64,000 nt of DNA from contig NC_058369.1 in NCBI RefSeq assembly GCF_018350175.1, forward strand, positions 10,356,001 to 10,420,000, in the 5' to 3' direction. Source of the stretch: Felis catus (taxonomy: Eukaryota). This document shows, piece after piece, positions 50,245-62,644 of the stretch (position 1 is its first letter; the number at the start of each line of letters is the position of its first letter). The notes below the pieces were generated by a model. The model made no database searches. It saw only the letters and a program-made list of their open reading frames with translations, and was not told the origin of the DNA. The position numbers and the translations under genes are program-made.

Positions 50245-53200
50245 CGCATGTTAAGTTTTCAACAGAGACGACAATGAACTTTTTCCCCACCAGGCAAGAC
50301 AGTTTTTCCCAATAACTGAACTTTTGAGAAGCCAAACCCTGGTAATAGGACTGGGGTATTTTGTTTTACTATAAGGTTTGTGGGGATCCAATTTTCCAGT
50401 CTCTATGGCCATTGTTTCCCCGTGTCGGTACCAGCGAAGTATCCGATCCACAAAGGGAGGGTGAGTGTTCACAGAAACCTCTCACCACGTTTCCAGCTGG
50501 CCGGGGTGGCCTCGGCCAATCCTATGGCAAAGAGTAGAGCAAGAATCATGATAATAGTGAGAAACGAGGCGTGACAGTGCATCACAACAAGGAAACATAC
50601 AGAAAATAACGACGGTCTTTTGTTTCTCCAGACTGCCGATTCCTCAAGCTTCTGCCATCATGCGTAGATCAGCTTCTGGAGTGACTAAAGCAGGGCTGCA
50701 GTCTCCTGGAGCCTCTGGAGTTGCAGAATCTTCCGTATGATCAGTTTGCACAGCATTGATGAGTCAGGAATGCCACTCCCAGTTTTGAGATGCCGGCTTC
50801 ACTCTGCTGTAGTGAATCCAGGGACCCACGTTGGCCACCGTTACTGCGGTAGGGGTGGACAAAATGACAGTGAACGGGCCCCTCCCGAGGGGTTTTAGCG
50901 GTTGGACATTTCACTCCTTTATCCATATTGCCTCTCCTGGTTTAAAGGGATGAGCGTCTGTGGTCAGATTCAGATAATCGCTCCCTGACCCACGGGTGTA
51001 AGGTGGTTAGGGTAGAGCCAAGGGCTCTCATCTGTTGTCTCAGGGCTAGTTGGTCTATCTCATTTAGATCCCTCCCCCTATGCCCTTGATAATGGGGGAA
51101 GGGCGCCCATAAAGGATTTCATAAGGGGAGAACCCCATGCGCTTCTTCAGCCTCCCACCTGCAGCTGCCGTCTGCCTCCCTGAAGGTCCCTTCTCTCTCC
51201 CTGCCTAATGTTAACCCTTTCCCTATTTATTTCTCCGCTGGAACAGGGCCTGGAACCGCTGTTAGGGAACAGGGACAACGACTGTTCTGGCTTCTTCAGG
51301 CTGATAAGGGACGGTGTGGGGGTACAGCAGTTGGAGTCTACCCAAGGGGTCGGTCGAGTGGCCCATAGTATGGTTCTTCAGGAAGGCTGGCAGGCATTAG
51401 CAGACACGAGAAAAACACAAAGTAAAAATTATACCGACCAACAAGATGGCAACTTAAGATCACATCTACGGTGTCCAAACCTGTCAAACAACCTTTGTAA
51501 ACAACACATGTCAGGGGATCTCTCATGACCCAGGTGATGGAGAAGCAGGAGCGGTAAGTAATCAACGGTGGCTCTATTTGCAAGAGTTGGGCCTTAACGG
51601 AATCACGAAAAATTTTTAAAGCATCTAATGCTTGTGAAGTGTTATCTAGAGTTTTGCTGAGTATAAACAGACAGTCTCCTTTATTTTGAGGTGTAAAACT
51701 TTTCCTCGAGCCAGGACTGCTACCAGAGAAAGAGTCAAGGCAGCCATTGACCATTATTAATTTGAAAAATTTTTAGGTAAGCCGAACCTGGTATTATTTG
51801 ATAAAGCAGAACTTTTATTACTTTCTGTGCCTTTTTTGTCTGGCAGGAGAAGGCCTTTACTCAATTAGTAAAAGTATCACTCCATACCAACAGATGGTAG
51901 AATTCCTTCGACCTTGGTATATGAGTGAACCTAACTGTCAGTCTCTTCTGGACAGCCTCCAGTTTCTTGATTGCCTGGGAGAGCAAGTTTGTGGCTGAAA
52001 GGATTGTTTCTAAGACATACTTCACAGGCTGATCCTGCTTGCAGAACTGTCCTTGACAAATTTTTTTTTCCAGTAAACATCCTTTGGGCCATTTGAGAAG
52101 TTTTGTCCCTCCCAAAATGAAAGGCCTGATGCTGTGTTTTAATGCTCTCTTACCTCTGAGAGCTTGGTAAGAATAATTGCCCTGCTCTGTTTGTAACCAT
52201 TCCAAGGGCTGGAGACAATGTCTAGGAGTCAGACCCCAGTTCATTAACTTTTTGGGGGAGAGTAGGTCGGCTTGAGTCTCCTTTAATAATTGATATAGCA
52301 GCAAACTATTTTCCTGAACCCTGGTATCTACAGCCTACAATATCCAGTAATTTGCCAAAACTCATACAATTCTTTACCTGTCCTGGAGTTAGTAGCACCA
52401 TAATCTCTAATTTAGTTATAATGTCCCTTTCTAGGAAGGGAGTAAGGCTCTCTGGCATTATCAGGAAAGAATGAGAAAAAATTAGGTTTCCCCACAGACA
52501 TCCCAGGGGCTGAGGGAAACATTTAGTTAGAAGTTTTCCGGAGATGGCCCTAATCGTCCTGCGGCATTTGGATACTTGGCCTGGCGTGGAAAGGAGGACA
52601 GAGAAGTTCGCTCTGGTGTCGAGAAGGAAATCAACTAGTTTTCCTTCCCTTCTATATTTAGGGTTACTCGAGGTTCTGGGTTTCTGATAGACAGTTGGGT
52701 TAGGGGGGCCACCGTGAAGAGCCCCAGGCCCCGGTTAATCCCTTCCAGGGACATAGTTGTCTGAACCCTCACAGACAGAGGTCCCCCAGGGCATTCAGAT
52801 CTCCAGTGATTGGCTCCACATAAGGGGCATGGCTTATGGGGTTTTCATTTTGGTTGTCCCCTCTGAGGACATTCTCATTTTAGTGCTCTCAGCGGCCATA
52901 TAAATGGCACTTGGTGCCAGGACCTCGGGAAGCCCGATCTCACATAGTACCTAAGGCCACAACTAAGGCCTCAGAGTTTTTTAAGCCTCCTTTTCTGTTT
53001 TTTTTTTTTTTTAATTTTTTTTTTTTATTCTCTTGATCTTGGTTATGATATACCCAATTGGCAGCTTGTAACAGCTCCTCCAGGGTCCCTTCAAGGCCAA
53101 CAGCCAATTTTTGTATTTTCTCTGAATATGTAGGGCTGAGTGAGTGACAAATTTGTCCTTTAAATCATCTCAGCCTTAGGGGTGTCAGGGGAGATAGCTA

Positions 53201-56200
53201 TATATTTAATGAGAGCCTCCCTCAACCTCTCCAGGAAGGCCACTGGGTTCCCATTTTGTGTTTGTAAAATAGTGGCTAATTTAGCATAATTTAAGGGCCA
53301 AATCTAGATTTCCTTAGTTTTTTGTTTTTTGTTTTTTTTGTTTTTTTTTTTTTTATAAAGCATCTGTCTCACTAAGAGTCTGGTTTAACAAAAGCATTAT
53401 GTCTTTCCAGGTCAAGTCAAAAACATACGTAATATTCTGAAAAGCCTTTATATACTTATTCAATCAGAAATGTTCCTAGATCTCCTTTTATCTGTCTTAA
53501 ACCTTGTAATGTAAAGGTTTTTTTCTTCTGGCATTCTAGCTTTTTGTAAGGGAAACATGCCTGTTACATTATGGGGAGGGCCTGGATAAGGTGGGTAGCA
53601 GGGAGCAGAATTGCATTATTATTATTATATGTAGATTGAAGACCTGAGGAGGAGGAAGAGGAGGGGGAGGGGGAGGAGGAGGAGGGAGGCTTCCCTTCCT
53701 CCTTCTCTAGGTCTGTTTTGGGTACAGGTGAGGGGCCCTTAATTGTGTCCCCTCCTGATTGCTGGGCTCTAGAAAGGGTTGCCATTAAATGACAATCCAC
53801 CTTACGTTGCTTACATATATCTCGATTTTTTCCTTAAGGCCCAAGAACAATGAACATAGGGGAATTCTCCCCATTTCCCTTCACATTTGCAAAACATGTC
53901 CAATTGTAGGATAGTATTGCCATTGATATTTCTCCCTGGCGTTGACTGAGGCCAGGTTCCCTCTTCCAATTGGTATTGGGGCCAAGCCTTTGTGCAAAAG
54001 AAAATGAACCATAATGCATTCCAAAGGGGTAATGGCCTTGGTTGGGGAATTACCCATCTATAGGAAAAAGGCGGAGAGTTGTCCCTTGTCTCAATTTCCT
54101 ATAGCTGGCCAGGAGAAACCTCATCTCCTGGCCCCGTGTTTTGGCTGGCCCTGTAACTGGCAGCCCAAAGCCCCGTTAGTCTTGCAAGGTGCTGGGAGTA
54201 GTCATTCTTACCCAGGCTTGACTCTACCTCCAAGAGCTGGCCTGGTCTTTCCTGTTCTTTCTCACCCTTTCGTTTCCTGCCTGTAGGACCTTTGGGTATG
54301 GACTGTGACCAAGGAAGACTTTCCTGGTTGTCGTAGGACGCACTAATTTCATTTTGGCCCAACAGTAACTTACATATTGATCACTGGCTGTTGAGGGCGG
54401 GGGTTAAAGGGCCAAAGTCAAGGTCTATTCCCCTGCCCTTTCTCAACAAAGCCCACATAAATATGTTTCAGCTGTGTCGACATCCATTTTTGGCATACCA
54501 TGGGCTAAGTTTGGTAAAACGGCTCCCATGTATCTTAGTAAAAGCCCTTTATATATCACCCATCCCTCATATGGCAGAGGCATCCAGTCCTCTGCTGAAC
54601 AGGAACAACACAAATGTGGAGGATTTGGAGGCTGGCACCAAGGGTGTCGCTATCGTTTTCTCAGCCTTTGGATCAAAGGAGGAGGAAGTTTAATCTTGAC
54701 CCTGAGTACTTTCAAAATCCATTTATTTTAACCTTAGTCCGTCCTGACCACACATAAAAGTTCTTTTTAAAGACTTTCCTTCGTGAACCTTCCACAACTT
54801 TTCTTTGCATTTAGATTTTGTCCCAAGCCATTTTTCTCCAAATAACCAGTCTCATTTAGGACAAAATTACTTTTTTTTTTTTTTTTATTACCTTCAACAA
54901 AAATGTATTTCCATTTTTTGTATCTTTCTTTCATATCTCCTACTTATCTATATACAGAGTTGCTTTTGTTATTTTTATTAGTTTTAATTACATCTGGCAG
55001 AAGTTTAACTCTGAGAAACTTTAGTCTCCAGTGAAAACTAAGTGGTAACCAATTGTGAACCGTTACATTAGAATTTTTTCAGATGGCAAACTTATGAATC
55101 AATTAAGCACAAAGCATGTTTTTCAACAGATCCAAATATCCTTGGTTTTTCTCGGACACGTCAAAAAGCACAGACCTACATCCAGTCATCAGTGCTTTAG
55201 CCTCTTGCCTCGTTAGATTTCCAATGAATTTAATCCCGATTTATTATGCAAGCAAAATCTTTCACGTTTTAGTTTAGCAGAGACTTTCAAAGCTGTCTTA
55301 ACAATTACCCATGAAAACTATGAGACAGACAAAGTTAACCATTACTTTAAATCACCCTTTTGTTAACAAATTGGAACAGAGATAGCATGAGCTCATTTGA
55401 CCTTCAGCAAATCTAGGTAGAATAAAAGTGGGGTGTTTTTGTTTTTGTTTTTGTTTTTGTTTTTGTTTTAATGCTGATGAACATTGTCTCTCTCAAACCA
55501 ACAAATTCGCTTAAACACTGAATACGTTTTACTTGGGTCCTCGTAAGACAATTTGTTCCCCATGGTGAATTTTTACCTAGGACATTGGTGGGGAAATCTG
55601 ACTTCAGTGGTCTTTGCTCCTTGACATGGGGGCGGGGGGAGTAGAGGCTGATTGTGCCTGAGGCACTGAGGAGCCAGTTACGCAGGCTGCCCCCCTCCCC
55701 ACCCTGGGGGTGCAGAAAAGGAGTGGGGGGAGGGAAGGCAGAAGAGGAGAGGTGCCACCAGAAGGCAGAGAAAGAGAATTCCCAGTTTTAAATCTTGTCG
55801 GCTCAGACAGAGGGGCAGACTCCAGATTTCTTTTGTTTTGTTTTGTTCTCCACCAGTGGAATCAGGCAGTTCGTGTCGGTCCAGAGAGGACAGGGAATTT
55901 CCCCCAAACAAAAGGAATTTCGGCAGCTGCTTGGGAATATTTCTTAAAGTCCCTGTTCTGAGGGAGACTAACCAGACTCCAACCTGCCGCCCAGCGCCTT
56001 AGAGTTGCAGCTTCGTTCCCTGTCCCTTGTGGAACTTCTAGGGCAACTCTGGGAGGTGATCGGGCTCCCCTTCTGCTTCTTAGGGGCAGGTGTGCCCAAA
56101 CGAACCCAGGTTCTTACCAGTCTGTCGGGTCGTGCTCCCTGAGTTGGCTCCTGGGCCCCATGGGTTCCGTTGGTGCACCGGAGGGCTAGCCTCCTGCGGA

Positions 56201-56645
56201 TCAAGTGGTCTGCTGTTACCAGGCGAGGCCCCTCTCCCGGCGCCCTGAGGCTCGAGGTTCGAGGTTCGTATCCCCGGTGGAAAAGAGGGTGGAAATGCAC
56301 CGTCTCCGAATCCCGGAGGACCCTCCCCAGGTAATGTAGCGGGAATCTTGCACAGAGAGTCGTGACACCGAGGCTTTTCTTTCCAGGAAGCGACTTCATT
56401 CCTGCCGGCACTGCTCTGTTGCGTTCGTACCCAAAGAACTGAGCCCCGAACGCCATGTGGCATAGTGTTAAATGTATTTTTTACTTCCTTGTCTCCCATA
56501 TATGGTAACATACATAAACATGTAGTTTGATTAGGTAGTCTCAGTTTACAAGGTCATGAGGAATGTTGTCACGCAGGTACATAGCCAGGTACCTTGAAGT
56601 TTTGTTTTTTCTTTTCTCTCCCTTTTTTTTTCCCCCTCTCCTTAG

Positions 56646-57025
56646 GGAGAGGGTCCTACCACAGTGCTGCTGCTGTTGCCTTTGAGGGCGCAGCCTTGAA
56701 CCCTGGAGGTGCACCTGCACAGCCAGCCCCATCAGTGATGGAGTGCATGCCAGCCCCTGGGGGACTGGGTTCCTTCACTGACAAGGGGGGGCCGGGGAGA
56801 CGGGGCTTATTCTGTGAATGAGCCTCAGAAACGGACTTCCTCTGGACATAAGAGAAACTGTTTCCTCCTCCTCAACTGCCTAGAATCTCCCTCCTCCAAC
56901 AGCAGCCAACCCTCCCCTCCTCTACTCTCTGGTCCCCAGCTGGCAGCAGGCGTCGTCCATTCCCCGGGGCTTCTGACCACCGTCTCCGCCCCCACGGTGT
57001 CGTGGCTGGAGGTGCCCTCCGCTTG
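56646..57025 (+). pseudogene. Decayed paralogous ADGRE2/CD97-type exon2-intron2-exon3 fragment
   Basis: Collinear blocks shared with 62164-62546: gctgctgttgcc, cagccagccccat, tctggaNataagagaaacNgtttc, ccccagctggc, gcttctgac, ggtgccctc; splice sites degraded and a stop in the exon-2-like part. Confidence 0.75.
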
Positions 57026-58139
57026 TTGCCGTTATCCTGACTCCTATGTCCATCAGGGGAGGCCTTCGGGAATCCCACGATGGGTTGTTAAGGTCCAGAG
57101 GCCTGAAGACACTGGAGGGGCACATCCAAGACTGTGGGGCATCTGGAGCTCTCAGACCTGAGAGCAGCACAGAAGCCCTTTGTGAAGGGAATACAGGCTG
57201 AAAGAAAAGTGAAGGGGAACAAGGCGGGGCTGGCATCGTGGCCAAGAGACGCAGAGAGAGAAGTGTTCCGGCTTTGGAACTAGAAGACGCCAGGGTCCTC
57301 TCTCCCTCCCTTCCTCCCCTCCCCTCTCTATCTCCACACACACAGAAAGGTCCTATGTGGACACAGGGAGCAGTTGGCCGTTTACAAGCCAAGAGAGAGC
57401 TCTCACTAGAAACCAACCCTCCCGGCACCTTCAGCTTGGAATCCAGCCTCCAGAACTGAGAAAATAGATTTCTGTGGTTTAAACCGCCCAGCTGATACTA
57501 TGTTATTACGGCAGGGCTAGCAGACTAATAATACGCATGGCCAGGTAGAAAACAAAGGAAATGTAACATTTGGGGACGTTTTTCTCATCTTTTAAAACCT
57601 ATCAGGAATATTTTCCTTGACCAATACATAGGAGTCTAAGGCTGCGATGAGTGTTGCTGAAGAATAAAAACACCTTAGTTCTAGACCAGCCAGGGATTAG
57701 GGATGCTGGGGTCATATGAGGGTGATGGGATATTTATGTATCTTTATTGTAGTGATGGTTACAGGAACCCGTCTACGTAACACGGTGTCACAGAACGATC
57801 CATGCAATTTCTTGGTTGAGATATTTGATGATTGTTAAACACATAAGAATACTTAAATACATAAAAATGTATCTTTGGCAGGAAACTGGGTGAAGGACCT
57901 CTCTATATTAATTTTGAAACTTCCCATCAGTCTCCATTTGTTTCAGAATAAGAACTTAAAAATAAAGAAGTACACAAGTAGATAATAAATAGATTAAAAA
58001 GTCTGTTCACTCTCAACCACAGTCCTCAGAGGGGCCAAAAAAGCCAGGAGAATGATTCTCCACAATTGGGAGGTCTTCCGAGATCAAAAAGATATAAAAA
58101 CCGTCAAAGAGGCTTTCAGCACAAATACTGGAAATGCTA

Positions 58140-58371
58140 AGCAAATACTTAAAAACGGAAGTGTGAGTTTCAGAGATGGTCGTCACAGGGAAATATGAGG
58201 GGCGGGGTGTGGAAAACAGCAGATTGCTGTTTTATCTAAGTTCATCCAGTGATGAGCTTTCTATCTGAAGTCAGACTTAAAACAGGAAGTCTTTTTAGCA
58301 CCCCCCCCCCCCCCCACACACCCCAAGACTGGGCAGCATCCTCCGTGGTTGGGCTTGCTGGTATCTTCACC
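58140..58371 (+). promoter_or_regulatory. Probable ADGRE2-like proximal promoter with ETS/PU.1 motifs
   Basis: aacggaagtg ~58154, ggggcgggg GC box ~58199, aaacaggaagt ~58280, directly upstream of the ATG. Confidence 0.5.
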
Positions 58372-58402
58372 ATGAGAAACGGGCATCTAAGTTTGCTGCC
58401 GG
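58372..58402 (+). CDS. ADGRE2: ADGRE2 (EMR2)-like coding exon 1 MRNGHLSLLP(G)
   Basis: caccATG Kozak context, 31 nt, G|gtaggt donor; resembles the recalled canine EMR2 N-terminus; splices in frame to 62164. Confidence 0.82.
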
Positions 58403-58752
58403 GTAGGTAGAATTCTAACAGTGGGGACAGGCCACGAAAGCTATCAGAGAACTCTATCCAGGCCGAGAATTTTCTCTGTTCCTTGCTTTATTCCTGGGTT
58501 TTGCTCTGTTTCTGATTTTTGCACTATCTTTGTAGGGGAGAGTGGGGAAGAAATTTTAAGAATGGTACTAGCTCAATTATATTAATGTCTCAAAGAAGAA
58601 ATTTGGTGAAACTTATTTCTAGGGCAGACTGGGGGACTTATCAGAGCTTTTTCATTTTACAGCCTGTATTACACCAGGTTCTCTAGAGAAACAGAAACAG
58701 TAGTTTCCGTATGTGTATACAAGCATATGTACATATATGATAGAGATATATA

Positions 58753-58839
<87 letters not shown>

Positions 58840-58871
58840 GAGAGAATGTGTTAGTTTAAGAAATTAGTTTA

Positions 58872-59095
58872 GGGGTGCCTGGGTGGCTCAGTCGGTTGAG
58901 TGTCCGACTTCGGCTCAGGTCATGACCTCACAGTCTGTGAGTTCGAGCCCCGCGTCGGGCTCTGGGCTGACAGCTCAGAGCCTGGAGCCTGCTTCGGATT
59001 CTGTGTCTCCCTCTCTCTCTGACCCTCCCCCGTTCATGCTCTGTCTCTCTCTGTCTCAAAAATATATAAACGTTAAAAAATAATTAAAAAATAAA
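58872..59095 (+). mobile_element. Can-SINE (SINEC_Fc)
   Basis: TSD aagaaattagttta. Confidence 0.92.
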
Positions 59096-59310
59096 AGAAA
59101 TTAGTTTATGAGATTTTTGAGGTTGGAAAGTCCAAAATCTGTAGGGCAGGTGGGAAACCTAGGGATGTTTCCAGAGATGTTGATGTTATATCTCAAGTCC
59201 AAAGTCAGTCTGGAAAAAGAATTTGCTCTTCCTGGTGGGGGGTGGTCAGCCTTTTTTTCTTGTAAGGTCTTCAACCGATGAGGCCCACCCAGATTATGAA
59301 GAGTAATCTG

Positions 59311-61354
59311 TTTTATTTTTATTTTATTTTATTTTTAAATAGAATTTATTGTCAAGTTAGCTAACATACAGGGTATACAGTGTGCTCTTGGCTTCAGGAG
59401 TAGATTCCCATGATTCATCGCTTACATACAACACCCAGTGCTCATCCCAAGTGCCCTCCTCAATGCCCATCACCCATTTTCCTTCCCTCCCTCCCCCCAT
59501 CAACCCTCAGTTTGTTCTCTGTATTTAGGAGTCTCTTATGTTTGCCTCCCTCTTTGTTTGTAACTATTTTTCCCCTTCCCTTCTCCCTCTTAAGTTTCTC
59601 AAGATCCACATGAGTGAAAACATATGATATCTGTCTTTCTCTGACGGATTTCATTCAGCATAATACCCTCCAGTTCCATCCACGTTGCTGCAAATGGCAG
59701 GATTTCATTCTTTCTCATTGCCATGTAGTATTCCATCGTATGTATAAACCACAACTTCTTTATCCATTCACCAGTTGATGGACATTTAGGCTCTTGCCAT
59801 AGTTTGGCTATTGTTGAAAGTGCTGCTATAAACATTGGGTACATGTGCTCCTATGAAGCAGCCCTCCTGTATCCTTTGGATAAATTCCTAGCAGTGCTAT
59901 TGCTGGGTTGTAGGGTGATTCTATTTTTAATTTTTTGAGGAACCTCCACACTGTTTTCCAGAGTGGCTGTACCAGTTTGCATTCCCACCAACAGTGCAAG
60001 AGGGTTCCCGTTTCTCCACATCCTCACCGACACCTGTTGTTGCCTGAGTTGTTAATTTTAGCCACTCCAACCCATGTGAGGTGGTATCTCAGTGTGGTTT
60101 TGATTTGTATTTCCCTGATGAGGGGTGACGTTGAGCATTTTTTTGTGTGTCGATTGGCCATCTGGATGTCTTCTTTGGAAGAGTGTCTTTTTATGTCTTC
60201 TGCCTATTTCTTCACTGGGTTATTTGCTTTTAGGGTGTTGAACTTGGTAAGTTCTTTATAGATTTTGGATACTAACCCTTTACCCAATATGTCATTTGCA
60301 AATATCTTCCCATTTTGTTGGTTGCCTTTTAGTTTTGCTGATTGTTTCTTCATTGTGGTGAAGCTTTTTTTTTTTTTTTTTTTTATCTTGATGAGGTCCC
60401 AATAGTTCATTTTTTCTTTTATTTCCCTTTCCTTCTGAGACGTGTTGAGTAAGAAGTTGCTGTGGCTGAGGTCCAGGAGGTTGTTGCTTGTTTTCTCCTC
60501 TAGGGTTTTGATGGTTTTCAGTCTCACATTTAGGTCTTTCATCCATTTTGAGTTTATTTTTGTGTCTGGTGTGAGGAAGTGGTCCAGGTTCATTTTTCTG
60601 CATGTCGCTGTCCGGTTTTCCCAGCACCACTTGCTGAAGAGACTGTCTTTTTTCCATTGGATACTCTTTCCTGCGTTGTCAAAGATTAGTTGGCCATACA
60701 TTTGTGGGTTCAGTTCTGGGTTCTCTATTCAATTCCATTGGTCTATGTGTCTGTTTTTGTGCCAGGACCATACTGTCTTGATGATTACAGCTTTGTACTA
60801 CAGGCTCAAGTCCTGGATTGTGATGCCTCCAGCTTTGGTTTTCTTTTTTCAACATTACTTTGGCTCTTTGGGGTCTTTTGTGGTCCCATACAAATTTTAG
60901 GATTGTTTGTTCTAGCTCTGAGAAGAATGCTGGTGCAATTTTGATTGGGATTGCATTGAATGTGTAGATTGTTTTGGGTAATATTGACATTTTAACAATA
61001 CTTGTTCTTCCAACCCATGAGCATGGAATGTTTTTCCATTTCTTTGTGTCTTCAATTCCTTTCATAAGTATCCAGCATACAGATCTTTTACCTTTTTGGC
61101 TAGGTTTATTCCTAGGTATTTTATGGTTCTTGGTGCAATTGTAAATGGGATTGATTCCTTGATTTCCCTTTCTGTTGCTTCATTATTGGTGTATAGGAAT
61201 GCAACCGATTTCCGTACATTGATTTTATGTCCCGCGACTTTGCGGAATTCCTGTATCAGCTCTAGCAGTTTTTTTTGGTGGAATCTTTCGAGTTTTCCAT
61301 GTAGAGTATCATGTCATCTGCTAAAAGTGAAAGTTTGACTTCTTCTTTGCCAAG
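59311..61354 (-). mobile_element. 5'-truncated carnivore L1 (ORF2 3' part plus 3'UTR), ~2 kb, in ADGRE2 intron 1
   Basis: ORF2 fragments ([32 protein letters not shown]) with frameshifts; TSD agagtaatctg at 59300-59310 and 61355-61365. Confidence 0.93.
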
Positions 61355-62163
61355 AGAGTAATCTGCTTTAATCAGAGTCTACTGATTTCACTGTTAATCT
61401 CATTAAAAACAAAACAAAACACCATCATAGCAGCATCATGCCTCCCGTGAATGGAAGGACAGACTCTGACAGGTGACCCAGTGATTACCTGTAGGGTAGA
61501 TTCCTTCGCACCTGCAGCCGTTTTCATACCACAAAGCCTGTCCAGTGACCCATCGCTCCTGGTACTGCACCTGGAGAGGCCTCTTAACCAGGAGACGGTG
61601 GCTCTACCTGACGGTGCCCTTAGTTGTCACTCCTCACCTGTCATCAGCTGCCCCCCTCTCTTGACTCCAGGGCTCCCTGCCCTGCTGATACTGCTGTGAG
61701 CTAGGGCTCAGACTTGGGGCTGTCTGACGCCCAAACCCATGTTCTTCTCGTGTGCCCCAAAACATGTATGTCAAAGAGGGGACAGTGACCCTGGGAGAAA
61801 AATCCTCAGGGTAGATTTCTGCCATTGCCAGAGAACTAAGAACCTGGCCAATCTGAGGACTTTGTGCTTCAAGATTCACTCCCTCCACCGGGAAAGGTTG
61901 GAATTTCTACCTTGTGTCCCTGACGTCACCTGTGTATATTCTGTCCCCTTACCTATAGCACTGAGGCTCCACAAGGTCTATGTCTGTTAGTGACGGACTC
62001 CTCGGGGAGTCTAGGGAGATGGAAGGAAAAGGACTGGTCTTCAAAACTTCGTAAGTTACAAGAGCCTTGGGAGAGCCATGGACTGTAGCATCAGAACCAC
62101 CTCCCGGGAACAATGACCACGTGGACAAGGGTTGAAACTGCATCTCTGTTTTTTCTGCCCCAG

Positions 62164-62217
62164 GACTCTTGACACAGCTGCTGTTGCCACTGGGAGCTGC
62201 TGCCCAGAAGACTAGTG
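62164..62217 (+). CDS. ADGRE2: ADGRE2-like coding exon 2 (G)LLTQLLLPLGAAAQKTS (signal peptide)
   Basis: ccccag acceptor, gtgagt donor, 54 nt, phase 1/1, hydrophobic core. Confidence 0.88.
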
Positions 62218-62524
62218 GTGAGTCTGCCCAGCCAGCCCCATGGGTAACATACACGGGGGAGTGCACGGGGGAGGGTCTGGGGCCCCTCACCGAAAAGCGG
62301 GGCATATTCTTCAAGTGAGGCTCTGGTCTTCTGGAGATAAGAGAAACCGTTTCTACCTCCACAAATGTCCAGAGTTTTCTGTGTTTTCTTCTTCCAATGG
62401 CAGCCATCCCTCTTGCTCCTCCACCTCCCTTCCTCTGCTCCTCACCCCCAGCTGGCGGCTGGCTCCCTCCATTCCTTGAAGCTTCTGACTGTGGTCTCTG
62501 TCCTCTCACCCTTTGCACCCACAG

Positions 62525-62644
62525 ACTGTGCACGGTGGTGCCCTCTGAACTCCAGATGTGTCAACGCCACGGCCTGTCGCTGCTCTCCGGGGTTCACTTC
62601 TTCATCCGGGGACGTCTTCACCAACCGCTTGGAGAATTGTGATG
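62525..62644 (+). CDS. ADGRE2: ADGRE2-like exon 3, EGF1 (D)[39 protein letters not shown]
   Basis: ccacag acceptor, gtacag donor, 120 nt; CARWCP...CVNATACRC signature of EMR2/CD97; EGF1 alone cannot separate ADGRE2 from ADGRE5, so the call rests on synteny and signal peptide. Confidence 0.88.

Larger units (their letters stand above)
48911..56590 (-). mobile_element. Degenerate class I (gamma-like) ERV internal region: leader, gag, pro/pol remnants, env; no LTR recognised
   Basis: gag [23 protein letters not shown] (~53850-53920); CA KYIKAFQNITYVFDLTWKDIMLLLNQTL (~53375-53460) and MHR NPVAFLERLREAL (~53210-53250); env signal peptide from ATG 50582; [11 protein letters not shown]...[12 protein letters not shown]...[17 protein letters not shown] (49350-49560); many stops and frameshifts; boundaries approximate. 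Confidence 0.85.
58665..61440. mobile_element. MLT2-like LTR split by (TA)n(GA)n, a SINE and the L1
   Basis: ggttctctagagaaacagaa...gaagagtaatctg / agagtctactgattt..tgttaatctcatt motifs resemble MLT2. Confidence 0.6.

Noticed and set aside
49188..50582. ERV env as a domesticated (syncytin-like) gene
   Set aside because: Multiple stops and frameshifts plus SINE and L1 insertions
56390..56590. Retroviral primer-binding site
   Set aside because: TGG-initiated candidates on the minus strand did not match any tRNA 3' end I could recall
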